Shown: positions 1 through 9,310, counted from the stretch's first letter. The stretch: 27,084 bases of DNA from Elusimicrobiota bacterium (GCA_027319565.1 DAHVNA010000030.1:1-27084), one strand, 5' to 3'. The notes: a model not told the origin generated them from the sequence alone. Numbers and translations: made by a program.

Positions 1-33
1 AACAGCGCCTCCTGCTTTTGAAATCTCATTCAT
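1..33 (-). CDS. 5' end of a gene running off the left edge (MNEISKAGGAV...)
   Basis: ATG at 33 on the minus strand with AGGAGG Shine-Dalgarno at 40-45; open to the window edge; divergent from the USP gene. Confidence 0.6.
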   Translation of the reverse strand, partial: MNEISKAGGAV

Positions 34-89
34 GGCCAGCCTCCTATGCGAATTATTCTTTCCATATATTACCAATTCGCCGTCGGTTT

Positions 90-120
90 TGAATCCTTTT
101 TGGCCTCAATGTCATCTAAA
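90..120 (+). promoter_or_regulatory. Candidate alternative (ECF-type) sigma promoter TGAATCCTTTTTGGC-N8-CATCTAAA
   Basis: Near-identical copy at 18750-18779 (minus strand); both end 35-41 nt upstream of an SD-led start codon. Confidence 0.55.
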
Positions 121-161
121 AAGTGAGAGAGGTTTGCGCCTCATATCCTAGGAGAGAATAA

Positions 162-1010
162 ATGAAAAAGGCTTTAAATCTAGAATTGCCTCATAAAATA
201 CTGATTGCCAGCGATTTGGGACCGGCCTCTAAGGCCTTGATGAAATACGCTGAAATCATCAAACCCATTCTTAAGCCCCAGATGATTCTCCTCTATGCCC
301 AGCATTTCGATGTGCCGCCCTATTTTACGGAAGGACAGATTTCTTTTTTCGCCAAGGAATTAAAAGAAGCGCACAAAACAGCGCGCCAGCACATCGCCCG
401 CTGGGCCAAAGACTTTTTAGTGGACATCGCGAAAATCGACTTAAGAGAAGAGCCGCCGGTAGAAGCGACGCTTTTGGGCGCGCGCGAAAATCAGGCAGAT
501 TTAATTATGCTTGGCTCGCACGGAAGAAACTGGGTCGGGCGCATCTGGCTTGGATCTGTGGCCGAAAACGTGCTGAGAAGGTCCGACCTCCCTGTTTTGA
601 TTGTTCCTCCCCATGCGGAGCTTCATGCCGTCAGAAAAATTCTCTCGCCCGTCGGTTTTGGAGAGACTGGAAAAAACGCGCTTAACCACGCCGCTCTCTG
701 GGCAAAAGCCGCGAAAGCCAAACTCGTCATCTTGCACTCACGGGAAACAGACGCCCCCAAAATGCCTTGCCCTTGGAACGCCAAGGAACTTTCGGTCCAA
801 TGCGAAATTGACGAAGTCACTCTCGAGGGACACCCCGCGGAAGAAATTCTAAAATTCGCGGAATCAGAAAACCCGGATTTGATTGTCATGGGTTCGGACG
901 TCAAGAAAACCACTCTTGGTTCTGTTTTCAGCTCCATTACCGAACGCGTCCTTCACGCCTGCCGCTGGCCGATTTTGATCATTCCCAAAACCCAAGGAGA
1001 CCCGCGTTAA
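162..1010 (+). CDS. Universal stress protein with tandem USP domains
   Basis: Two USP repeats: ADLIMLGSHGR...LGSVAENVLRRSDLPVLIVP and PDLIVMGS...SSITERVLHACRWPILIIP; SD AGGAG upstream. Confidence 0.93.
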   Translation: MKKALNLELPHKILIASDLGPASKALMKYAEIIKPILKPQMILLYAQHFDVPPYFTEGQISFFAKELKEAHKTARQHIARWAKDFLVDIAKIDLREEPPVEATLLGARENQADLIMLGSHGRNWVGRIWLGSVAENVLRRSDLPVLIVPPHAELHAVRKILSPVGFGETGKNALNHAALWAKAAKAKLVILHSRETDAPKMPCPWNAKELSVQCEIDEVTLEGHPAEEILKFAESENPDLIVMGSDVKKTTLGSVFSSITERVLHACRWPILIIPKTQGDPR

Positions 1011-1444
1011 TGGACGATCCCTTTCCGCACCATTATGAGACAAGTCTGTCTTGGGCGCCCGAACGCCAGGCCGCAATAGAGGCATCTCCCCGCCCGCCCA
1101 TACTCGCCGGACCACCGCCGCAGTTTGGCGGGAAAAATCGCTGGTGGAGCCCGGAACATCTGTTTGTTTCTTCAATTAATCTTTGCCTTCTCTTGACTTT
1201 TCAAACCATCGCGGAAAAATCAAAGTTAGCGGTCAAGGATTACCGCAGCCAAATCAAAGGCACATTAGAAAAAACTTCCCAAGGGCTGATGTTTACCGAA
1301 GCGTTGATGGAAGTCAAGATCTCAGTCCCCTCGGGAGAAAAAGATAAAACCCTCAGACTTTTGGCACTGGCTGAAAAACGTTGTTTAATCTCCAATAGTC
1401 TCAAGACCAAGGTCTCAACCAAAGTGGAAGTGGAGGAGATTTAA
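1010..1444 (+). CDS. OsmC/Ohr family protein
   Basis: PPQFGG..WSPEHLF...C and AEKRCLISNSLK two-Cys pattern; TAATG coupling to the USP gene. Confidence 0.9.
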   Translation: MDDPFPHHYETSLSWAPERQAAIEASPRPPILAGPPPQFGGKNRWWSPEHLFVSSINLCLLLTFQTIAEKSKLAVKDYRSQIKGTLEKTSQGLMFTEALMEVKISVPSGEKDKTLRLLALAEKRCLISNSLKTKVSTKVEVEEI

Positions 1445-1445
1445 T

Positions 1446-2666
1446 TTATTGAGCGCTATCGGTTTTCTCTCGGGCGGGCTTAAATTGCAGGAGATTTAAA
1501 ACTTCCCGCCTCCCGCAAGAAAATGTAAGGCACTCCTTTGCTTGGCTATGACTTTCTAAAAAATCAGGATGAGCTAAAACCCACTGATAGTCGTTTTTCG
1601 CGGCGTCTCTTAAGCCCTCCAAATCTTCCCCAAACCCACGGTAAAGGTGCAGCAGGGATAAAAATCCCTCATTCGCGTTCTGCTCCGGACGTTGAAAAAA
1701 ATCGATCGCCCGGCTAAACCAATTGACGATCTCATAACTTTCTTGAGGATTTAAGCAATCTTGCGGGCTAAATCCGCAAGCGAGATCCAAAAGATTTTTT
1801 TCATAGGCCTCGGGGTTGGCCTTGGCCACGTTAAAAACATCTTGTCCCAAGGCCAGCGAACGGTTCCACTCGCCTAACTTCGACCGAAGTGCGATCTCGA
1901 GAAATTCGAAGTAAAGGCTCTCTGGATACTTCTGGCGCAATTTTTCAATAATGGACAAAGAGGTCTTATAGTCTTTTTTATCCATCAGGTAGAGAGTGGC
2001 CAGGAAAATCGCGGCTTGATCCCGGCTGTAAGGCCCGCGATCTTCGGCGATAATCAGTTGTTCGATGCCGCGCCGCTCATTGGCGTGAAGGCCCCCCAAA
2101 AAGGCCCCAGCCTTCAGCAAAAATCCAAAGCGCGAAACCTGATAATCATAGCTTCCCAGCCCCAAGTAGGCGTCATAGTAGGTCGAGTCCAGACGAACAC
2201 AATCTTTTAAATGAGAAAGCGCCTTGCGCCCGTTTAAGAAAGCCTTGAACCAATGGTGGTGGATAAAATCCCATTCTCCCAATTCGCCCAGGGAAAGGCC
2301 GATGATAAAATGTCCTTCCGCCTGATCGGCGCGGCGGGAACTGGCCAACAAGCGCTTGGCCCCTTTAATCGCGAGATTTAAATCGTTCTTAAAGCGCTGT
2401 CTTAGCCAATCGGGCGGCGGAATAATCCCATTCCGAGCGGAGGTTTCCCACCATAAGGCCCCGGCATCGGATAAATAGGCGAAAGGATCGTTGGGATTGG
2501 CCTCAATGATTTGGGCAAAATCCCGATTGGCCTGCTCGAAATTCATGCCGTAAAGATCGCTCAAGGCGGTCTTAAGTTCGGTCGAGGAAGTCGAAATTAA
2601 AAAATTCTCGCCGGCATAAAGACGCCCGCTCGAAAAAAACAAGAGAAAAAAGAAAAGTCTTCTCAT
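1446..2666 (-). CDS. Exported helical/TPR-like protein
   Basis: Signal peptide MRRLFFFLLFFSSGRLYA; TPR-like helices (NPNDPFAY, LDSTYYDAYLGLG, KYPES); ATGA overlap with the LOG gene. Confidence 0.7.
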   Translation of the reverse strand: MRRLFFFLLFFSSGRLYAGENFLISTSSTELKTALSDLYGMNFEQANRDFAQIIEANPNDPFAYLSDAGALWWETSARNGIIPPPDWLRQRFKNDLNLAIKGAKRLLASSRRADQAEGHFIIGLSLGELGEWDFIHHHWFKAFLNGRKALSHLKDCVRLDSTYYDAYLGLGSYDYQVSRFGFLLKAGAFLGGLHANERRGIEQLIIAEDRGPYSRDQAAIFLATLYLMDKKDYKTSLSIIEKLRQKYPESLYFEFLEIALRSKLGEWNRSLALGQDVFNVAKANPEAYEKNLLDLACGFSPQDCLNPQESYEIVNWFSRAIDFFQRPEQNANEGFLSLLHLYRGFGEDLEGLRDAAKNDYQWVLAHPDFLESHSQAKECLTFSCGRREVLNLLQFKPAREKTDSAQ

Positions 2667-3574
2667 TTTCCGCTTTTTTTCTTTTTATCCTCTAAAGCCC
2701 ACGGCCCTCGCCCGCTCTTATTCCAGAAGCTTTGAATGTAGGCCCAACCCTCTTCGGCTGTCTCGGCGATATAAAACAAACGCCGCTCGGTCCAGGAAAT
2801 GAGCCCCTGCTCGGCAAGAAAATCCCAGTCGACCACCCGTTCCCAAAATTCGCGGCCAAAGAGGACAATCGGAAGAAGAGATTTCTTCCCCGTCTGGACC
2901 AAGGTCAAGGCCTCAAAAAGCTCGTCAAAAGTCCCGTATCCTCCGGGAAAAGCCACCATCGCCTTGGCGCGCATCATAAAATGCATTTTTCTAAGAGAGA
3001 AATAATGGAACTGAAAGCTCAAATCCGGAGTCAAATAGGGATTGGGATCCTGCTCATGCGGAAGAGTGATGTTAAGCCCGATGCTTTTGGAGCCCGTCTC
3101 CCACGCCCCGCGATTGGCGGCTTCCATAATTCCGGGTCCGCCGCCGGTGACAATGACAAATTCAAGACCCTTGTCTTTCTGCTGGGCCTTTGAAATCAAA
3201 GCGGCAAATTTCTGGGTTTCCGCATAGTAACGAGATTGCTTTAAGCGCATCTTGGCGAAGTTAAACTTCTTAATTAACTCCGGATTCCGCGGAGACCTCT
3301 TGAGGTCGCTCTGGGCCGCGATCAGATTTTTGCGCGCCCCTTCCGGAGACAAAATCCGCGCCGATCCAAACACGACAATAGTCGAGCGGATGCGGTGTTC
3401 TCTTAAAATCATCTCCGGTTTGAGAAGCTCCAACTGCAAGCGCACGGGGCGCAATTCCCTTTTATTTAAAAAGCGCATATCCTCATAGGCCAAGGAATAA
3501 GCCTTGGAATTTCTAATCTGGCTAATCATCTGCGCTTTCTGTTGATCACTGACTTCGCGGTTTAAAGGTTCCAT
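2663..3574 (-). CDS. LOG family (TIGR00730-like Rossmann-fold) nucleotide phosphoribohydrolase
   Basis: VFGSAR, TGGGPGIMEAANRGA and FPGGYGTFDELFE motifs; start placed at ATG 3574 (SD-like AGGGG) to avoid overlap with dctM. Confidence 0.9.
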   Translation of the reverse strand: MEPLNREVSDQQKAQMISQIRNSKAYSLAYEDMRFLNKRELRPVRLQLELLKPEMILREHRIRSTIVVFGSARILSPEGARKNLIAAQSDLKRSPRNPELIKKFNFAKMRLKQSRYYAETQKFAALISKAQQKDKGLEFVIVTGGGPGIMEAANRGAWETGSKSIGLNITLPHEQDPNPYLTPDLSFQFHYFSLRKMHFMMRAKAMVAFPGGYGTFDELFEALTLVQTGKKSLLPIVLFGREFWERVVDWDFLAEQGLISWTERRLFYIAETAEEGWAYIQSFWNKSGRGPWALEDKKKKSGK

Positions 3575-3585
3575 AATTTCCCCTG

Positions 3586-4854
3586 TTATTGTATTTTTAA
3601 AATTCTCGGCAGCCAAAGGCTGAGGCCCGGAAGATAGGTCACCAAAATAAGAAAAAAGACCAGTATCGCCCAAAACGGAAACGCCGCGCGGTAAAGCTCG
3701 GGCAAGGTTTTTTCAAAACGGCGGCTCGACAAAAAGAGATTCAATCCCATCGGCGGGGTCATGTATCCAATCTCGAGATTGAGCAGAAATAGGCTGCCAA
3801 GATGAATCGGGTTGATTCCATATTTAAGGGCGATCGGAACGATAATCGGAACGACGATGATAATCGCCGAAAAAATTTCAACCATGTTGACGACGAGGAG
3901 AAAAATATTGAGCAAAATCAAAAACTCATTGGGGCCGGAAATATGGGTCTGAAGCCAGGCAAAAAGGCGATTGGGAATTTCCGCTTCAATGAGATAATTG
4001 GTCAAGCCTAGCGCGGTCCCCAGAACAATCAAAATGGCGCCCACCAAGGCCATGCTTTTGACCATGACATTGGGGACGGCGGAAACTTTAACATCTCTGT
4101 AAATTAAAATCTCAACCACCAAGACATAAAAAGCCATCACCGCCGCCGCTTCGGAAGCGGTAAAGATTCCTCCATAAATTCCGCCGATAATCAAAAAGGG
4201 AAGGGGCACTTCCCAGGCGGCTTCGCGGAAAGCGGTCTTAAAAGAGCTCCACTGAAAAGGAGAACGCGGCATTTGAATTTGAAGGGAAACGCGCGCGACA
4301 TAAAGAGACAATAAGATCAAAAGAATGAGCCCGGGAATCAAGGTCGCGGCAAACAACTGATTGATGGATATTTTGGCCACCAAGGCGTATAAAATAATCG
4401 GCAAACTCGGCGGAAATAAAAGCCCCAAACTCCCGGTCGTGGTAATCAGCCCCAATGAAAATTTTTCCGAATATCCCTGCCGGGTCAAAATGGCGTAGAT
4501 GATTCCGCCCAAGGCGATAATCGTCACCCCCGAGGCTCCGGTAAAAGCGGTAAAGAGAGCGCAGGCCCCCAGAGAGGCTACCGCGATTCCCCCGGGAAGC
4601 CAAGACAAAGACGCTTCCGCCAAAGCCAAAAGCCGCTGGGGAGCGTTGGATTCGGCGAGAAGATATCCAGCGAAGGTAAACAAGGGAACCGCAATCAAAG
4701 ACGGCATGTCCGCCAAGCGAGCGAGTTCGATAATCAAAGCGGCAGATTCAATATGCGCCCAATGGAAGAGAAAAAGGGACAACCCTCCCAAGAGAGCGAA
4801 AATCGGCGCTCCCAAAGCCGCCAGCGCGGCTAACCCTATCAAAAATAAGCTCAT
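3586..4854 (-). CDS. dctM: TRAP transporter large permease (DctM)
   Basis: Highly hydrophobic; LIAVPLFTFAG, GSLGLLFPPS, GIFTASEAA and EIGYMTPPMGLNLF motifs. Confidence 0.93.
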   Translation of the reverse strand: MSLFLIGLAALAALGAPIFALLGGLSLFLFHWAHIESAALIIELARLADMPSLIAVPLFTFAGYLLAESNAPQRLLALAEASLSWLPGGIAVASLGACALFTAFTGASGVTIIALGGIIYAILTRQGYSEKFSLGLITTTGSLGLLFPPSLPIILYALVAKISINQLFAATLIPGLILLILLSLYVARVSLQIQMPRSPFQWSSFKTAFREAAWEVPLPFLIIGGIYGGIFTASEAAAVMAFYVLVVEILIYRDVKVSAVPNVMVKSMALVGAILIVLGTALGLTNYLIEAEIPNRLFAWLQTHISGPNEFLILLNIFLLVVNMVEIFSAIIIVVPIIVPIALKYGINPIHLGSLFLLNLEIGYMTPPMGLNLFLSSRRFEKTLPELYRAAFPFWAILVFFLILVTYLPGLSLWLPRILKIQ

Positions 4855-5336
4855 CGAATTTCTTCTTTAATGGGGCTTAGAACTCGAATCAAGAAATGAA
4901 ATCCCACCAGCAGAAAACCGAGCCAAATAATATCGGCCGAGGCCCAGGATGGAAAAGAAAAACTGCCGATTCTAAAAAGGGCGTGCCCATAGGTTTTTTC
5001 TTCGGCGGCGTATTCTCTCGCGGCAAAAGCCAAAAACAAAGAAGCGAGCGCGCCGGAGAGATTGGCGACGGCGGCAAACGCCCTTGATAGGATTTGATTC
5101 TTGGGCTTGGGCATCTCCCAGGCAAAATGCTTTCCTTGGGAAGCGGCAAAAGCCGCGCCTAAAAATCCCAGCCAAATCACCAGATGCCGCAACAAGGGAT
5201 CGGCCCATAAAATTCCAGAATGAAAAAAATCGCGCAAAACGACTTGAAAGAACGCCAGGAATATCATCAAGGACAATAGGACCACTAAAAGAGCGGTCTC
5301 AACCAGGGCTAAAGCCCGCTCAACGGGCTTTAGCAT
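4851..5336 (-). CDS. dctQ: TRAP transporter small permease (DctQ)
   Basis: Four TM segments; QVVLR...WADPLLRHLVIWLGFLGA...H pattern; lies between dctP and dctM. Confidence 0.88.
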   Translation of the reverse strand: MLKPVERALALVETALLVVLLSLMIFLAFFQVVLRDFFHSGILWADPLLRHLVIWLGFLGAAFAASQGKHFAWEMPKPKNQILSRAFAAVANLSGALASLFLAFAAREYAAEEKTYGHALFRIGSFSFPSWASADIIWLGFLLVGFHFLIRVLSPIKEEIR

Positions 5337-6369
5337 GATGACTGCGGAATGTTTGAAGGGAGTTCTGCACCTGGTCTAAAAATTTTTGCGAATAGAGTTT
5401 TCCCACCAAGGCTTCCCTGGCCTTCTGGCCCAAATTCTGGTATAACTTCATCACTTGAGGAGAAGGCTTCGGGCTTATCGTGAGCCCTTCTTTTTGAAGA
5501 GCGACTAGAGATTCCTCGTTTTCTCTTCGGGAAATGGCGTTAAGCCGCGTCAAATATTGATGACTCACTTTTTTAATGATCTGTTTTTGAGAAGGGCTCA
5601 AACGATCAAAAGTCTTTTTAGAGATTAAAACGGCGCCCGAGGCATAGGCTAAAGACACCGGGTCTATATATTGAGTCTTCGTAAACCATTGAAGGGCGGT
5701 GACCGCCAGCGGAGGGCCGTAAACCGTGTCGATCATGCCGGTTTGAAGAGAGGTCATCACGTCCAACTCCGAGAGGGGAATCGGGTTAATTCCCAAAACC
5801 TTAAAAGCCGCTTCGGCGATGGGGTCTCCCTCCCAAATCCAAATCTTATCTTTCTTAAGGGAATCTATACCTGAAAATGGATGCTGGCTAAAAAAATGGA
5901 CAAAGCCGAGATCGCTCCAGCCCAACAAGACAAAACCGCCTTTTAAAAACGCCTGTTCAAATTGAGCGCGGAATTTTTTTCTGATAAAATCAATTTCCGC
6001 GGTGTTTTTAAAAAGCCAGGGAGAATCAAGAACGCGGACTTTGGGCGCGATTTCCCCGAGCCCGAGGCCGGTAAACCCGCCGGCCTGCATTTCCCCGATC
6101 CGAATCTTTCTCAAAACGTCTTTCTCATCTCCGGCAACGCCCCCGGGATAAATTTTAAAAGAAACCTGGCCCTGGGTTTCTTTTTTAAGTTCCTGATTTA
6201 AATCCTTCATCGTATTCATCCACGCCGAACCCTCCGGAGCCAATGTCGCGAATTTAATCACGACCGGCTCTGAGTACAGCCAAGCGGGGCAAAGACCTAA
6301 GACAGCTAAAGACAAAACGGTTTTTTTAAATTTAGCGTAGCGATTCCAACGATTCTTTGCCTCTGGCAT
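5320..6369 (-). CDS. dctP: TRAP substrate-binding protein DctP (TatP-type)
   Basis: IKFATLAPEGSAW, YPGGVAGDE, LQTGMID; signal peptide after ATG 6369; alternative in-frame ATGs at 6378 (inside repeat) and 6477 (overlapping the tatT end). Confidence 0.88.
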   Translation of the reverse strand: MPEAKNRWNRYAKFKKTVLSLAVLGLCPAWLYSEPVVIKFATLAPEGSAWMNTMKDLNQELKKETQGQVSFKIYPGGVAGDEKDVLRKIRIGEMQAGGFTGLGLGEIAPKVRVLDSPWLFKNTAEIDFIRKKFRAQFEQAFLKGGFVLLGWSDLGFVHFFSQHPFSGIDSLKKDKIWIWEGDPIAEAAFKVLGINPIPLSELDVMTSLQTGMIDTVYGPPLAVTALQWFTKTQYIDPVSLAYASGAVLISKKTFDRLSPSQKQIIKKVSHQYLTRLNAISRRENEESLVALQKEGLTISPKPSPQVMKLYQNLGQKAREALVGKLYSQKFLDQVQNSLQTFRSHHAKAR

Positions 6370-6372
6370 TTT

Positions 6373-6446
6373 CGTCATTCCGACGAAAGTCGGAATCCAG
6401 AGCCGCAGAGAGGCTGGACCCCGGCTTACGACATGCCGGGGTGACG
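6373..6446. repeat. Palindromic doublet 1: A unit 6373-6400, 13-nt spacer, inverted B unit 6414-6446
   Basis: CGTC-ATTCCGAC-GAAA-GTCGGAAT-CCAG; reverse strand CGTC-ACCCCGGC-ATGTCGTAA-GCCGGGGT-CCAG. Confidence 0.92.
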
Positions 6447-6463
6447 ATTTAGGAACCACTACA

Positions 6464-7315
6464 TTAAAAGAGTTCATTTTCTTTCTCCAACAAACGGGCC
6501 GCCTTTTCCTTGGCGACCTCATCGGATAAACGGGCGTTCGGCAATTGGCCGGCCGGAAGATCTTTGACTTTCTTAAGCAAAGACTCAAACAAAGTCTGGT
6601 CCTGAACCGCGACGGCATAAGACTGGGCCTCCAAAACATATCCCATCAGATACTGGCCATGATTGAGGGCCTGGGCTTGGTCAAAGGAAGCCTTGGCTTT
6701 TTTAGGATTTCCCCCAAGCATGGGTGGCCGGGAATAATAAGTTCCAAAGAAAAGCTCCGGTCCGGCGAAATAATAGCCGGGGTTTATTTCTTTGACTCGC
6801 CGCATCATCGCCACGACTTTCGGCAAAGCCGCCAGGTTTTCCGGAGAATCTTTCTTGAGATTAATTTCTCCCGCCCAATTGAAAGCGGCCCAGAAAAGCG
6901 CCGGAACGTCTTTCTTGGACGCGCTTTTAAGCTCTTTTGACAGCGCCGCCAAATTTTCAGTTTTGATGTTTTTAAATTTCCCGCAATCGGACAGGGCTCT
7001 TAAAGCGTAATTTCTCCCTCGGCGATAAAAACCTTGGGCGCGAACGGGGTTTGAATCTTCGATGAAAAGAAAACTGTATCCGGCAAAACCCTGGGCGGCC
7101 AAAACCAGCAGTGAAGCGTTGCGTGGACTGTTATAAAGAAGCTCTTCAAGAAGTTTGAGTTGTGCGGGAAAAGCGTCCTGGGCAAAAGTCGGATCCGACT
7201 CATTGTAAAGAGCCCCCACTCCGCCCTTGATGACTTCGGCGGTTGAGCGCACGGCGATAGGGCGCAAGCTGCAGGCCGAAGCCAAAACGAGCAAAATCGG
7301 CAAGAATTTTTTCAA
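6464..7315 (-). CDS. tatT: TRAP transporter TatT component (TPR-like lipoprotein)
   Basis: Lipobox LASAC; ESDPTFAQDAFP, RGRNYALRAL, ALFWAAFNW, PPMLGGNPKKAKASF; directly upstream of dctP. Confidence 0.85.
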   Translation of the reverse strand: MKKFLPILLVLASACSLRPIAVRSTAEVIKGGVGALYNESDPTFAQDAFPAQLKLLEELLYNSPRNASLLVLAAQGFAGYSFLFIEDSNPVRAQGFYRRGRNYALRALSDCGKFKNIKTENLAALSKELKSASKKDVPALFWAAFNWAGEINLKKDSPENLAALPKVVAMMRRVKEINPGYYFAGPELFFGTYYSRPPMLGGNPKKAKASFDQAQALNHGQYLMGYVLEAQSYAVAVQDQTLFESLLKKVKDLPAGQLPNARLSDEVAKEKAARLLEKENELF

Positions 7316-8007
7316 TTGAGGATAGGTTCCAGGGATTCTCTGGTTTTTAAGAATTTAAGAGTCGAGTTCCAAGGGCCGCGTTTCCCGTAGAACTGAAGAA
7401 CGTCTCCGTTCAGTTTAGCCCCATACATCGTCTGGTCGACTCCCAAAAACCATTGAATGGATTGTCTGAGAGAATCCACGGACTCATGCATCACGTAGAA
7501 ATTTCCCTCCTCCAGTTGCAGCAAGCACACCGAGGCCTGGGGGCGCGGGCCAGGTTGATAGACGGGAGCAAAGACGATGGAATCAATGGTAATCTTATCC
7601 ACTGAATCATAAAGCGGACGAAGTAAATCATGCGCGATAATTTTCGCTTGAACCCCTTGGGGGTCATCCAGGTCTTTGACCAAAACGGCGTCGTTTTTAA
7701 GAGAAATAAAATAGCGATGGGAAGGGAAAACGGCGGTTTGGCCCTTGGCCAAATCCTCGCGAGAATAAATACGGGTAACGCCGTCTTGGCGAAATTCCGT
7801 CCACAGGGAGCTGTCCAAACCAATTTGGGCCGCGACCTCTATGAGACCGCCTCCCACGGGGCGGGAAATAAAGGCCTTCTTTTTGGGAGAGGTAAAGGCG
7901 TTTAAGTTCAATTCCAAAAGCAACTTGGGAGAGGGAGTCGAAGCGGCCCGCAAAACGGAAGGCGCGAAAACCAGCGCAAAGGCAAAACAAAAAATTATCT
8001 TTTTCAT
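7312..8007 (-). CDS. Hypothetical secreted protein
   Basis: Signal peptide MKKIIFCFAFALVFAPSVLRA; stop overlaps the tatT start; no recognised domain. Confidence 0.7.
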   Translation of the reverse strand: MKKIIFCFAFALVFAPSVLRAASTPSPKLLLELNLNAFTSPKKKAFISRPVGGGLIEVAAQIGLDSSLWTEFRQDGVTRIYSREDLAKGQTAVFPSHRYFISLKNDAVLVKDLDDPQGVQAKIIAHDLLRPLYDSVDKITIDSIVFAPVYQPGPRPQASVCLLQLEEGNFYVMHESVDSLRQSIQWFLGVDQTMYGAKLNGDVLQFYGKRGPWNSTLKFLKTRESLEPILN

Positions 8008-8065
8008 TCTTCCATTGTATAAAAGTTAAGGGAAAAATGATTCCCGCAAAAAATTGGGGATGCGC

Positions 8066-8094
8066 TAGACTTTCCTTTAAACTCTTGTTAGAAT
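8066..8094 (+). promoter_or_regulatory. Sigma70-like promoter TAGACT-N17-TAGAAT with extended -10 TG
   Basis: -35 at 8066-8071, TG at 8086-8087, -10 at 8089-8094; SD AGGAG at 8115-8119 before ATG 8125. Confidence 0.5.
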
Positions 8095-8124
8095 CAAGGC
8101 AAGCCCGTATCCAGAGGAGAGACA

Positions 8125-9135
8125 ATGAAAAAATATATTCTCGCAGCAATCGCTTCGTTGTTCGCGACCGGCTTTATTTTGGCTTCCGCCTTCGCTCAGG
8201 ACGAAATCGCGCCGACGGCTCCTTGGTATCAGGCGCTCGTCTCGCTGCCGAAGGGATTTCACTTTCAATCCTCCCCCAAGATCGCCTTGACCAACTCCAA
8301 GTCCGGCTCCAAGGGAAGCTTCGGCGCGCATATCATGCCGATTCGCCTTAACGGCGCATATCGGTCCCAGACGCAATTCGCCGCGTCTCCCAAAATTCTT
8401 TTGTCTTATTACGGCGGCCCGGTCCTCAGCCATGTAAAAGTCGTCGTCGTTTATTGGGATAAAAACGTCGCCTTTCAAGATCAGATTCCGGGGTTTTTTG
8501 CCAACATCACCCAAAGCCCCTTTTTCGACTGGCTCAAGGAATACCGGACGCCTTCTCAATCCGTCCAACGCGGCTCTTTAGAGGCGATGCATGTCTCGAA
8601 GAAGGCTCCTTTCAAAAATCTGATTGAGGATTCAGAAATCCAATCTCAATTAACGAGAATGATTAAAGCCGGTTCGGTGCCTCACGCCGACAAAGACACT
8701 CTATACATGATTTATTTCCCGCCTCAAATGCAGATCGATTTAGCCGGGCAAAAATCCTGCGAAGTCTTCTGCGCCTATCACAACAGTTTTCTCAAAAACG
8801 GGGAAGAAATCAACTACGGGGTCATTCCCGATCAAGGCGGCGCATGCGCTGGCGGCTGCGGAAATAATTCGTCGCAATTTAACAACGAGACCTCGGTCAG
8901 TTCTCACGAGCTGACCGAAGCCGTGACCGATCCCGCAGTGGGACTGGTCAAAGGTTCTGAGCCCGCTTATCCCTTGGGATGGTATAACGCCTCCGCCGGA
9001 GAAATCGGAGACATTTGCGCGGATAAACAAGGAACAGTGGAAGGCTATGTCGTTCAGAAGGAATGGTCCAACTCAAGACAGACTTGCGTTAGTTCCGCCA
9101 GCGACCCTGGATCTCCGGTCGCTTCTCCGAACTGA
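8125..9135 (+). CDS. Secreted Cys-containing protein, Phi-1/EXORDIUM-like
   Basis: Signal peptide; YYGGPVL, FCAYH, SHELTEAVTDP and GWY...GEIGDIC motifs. Confidence 0.7.
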   Translation: MKKYILAAIASLFATGFILASAFAQDEIAPTAPWYQALVSLPKGFHFQSSPKIALTNSKSGSKGSFGAHIMPIRLNGAYRSQTQFAASPKILLSYYGGPVLSHVKVVVVYWDKNVAFQDQIPGFFANITQSPFFDWLKEYRTPSQSVQRGSLEAMHVSKKAPFKNLIEDSEIQSQLTRMIKAGSVPHADKDTLYMIYFPPQMQIDLAGQKSCEVFCAYHNSFLKNGEEINYGVIPDQGGACAGGCGNNSSQFNNETSVSSHELTEAVTDPAVGLVKGSEPAYPLGWYNASAGEIGDICADKQGTVEGYVVQKEWSNSRQTCVSSASDPGSPVASPN

Positions 9136-9173
9136 CCAAAATTATTTTGAGGGGTTCCAGGCCAAGCCCCCAT

Positions 9174-9300
9174 CGTCATTCCGGCGACCGAGCATAGGCG
9201 AGGAAGTGCCGCCTCCAAGTCTGTTGGAAAGCGGCCGCAAGCCGGAACCTAGAACTCAGTCGAGAGACTGGACCCCGGCTTACGGCCTGCCGGGGTGACG
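9174..9300. repeat. Palindromic doublet 2: expanded A unit 9174-9252 (55-nt loop), 15-nt spacer, inverted B unit 9268-9300
   Basis: CGTC-ATTCCGGC-[55 nt]-GCCGGAAC-CTAG; B unit is 31/33 identical to 6414-6446. Confidence 0.85.
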
Positions 9301-9310
9301 GATTGTTTTT

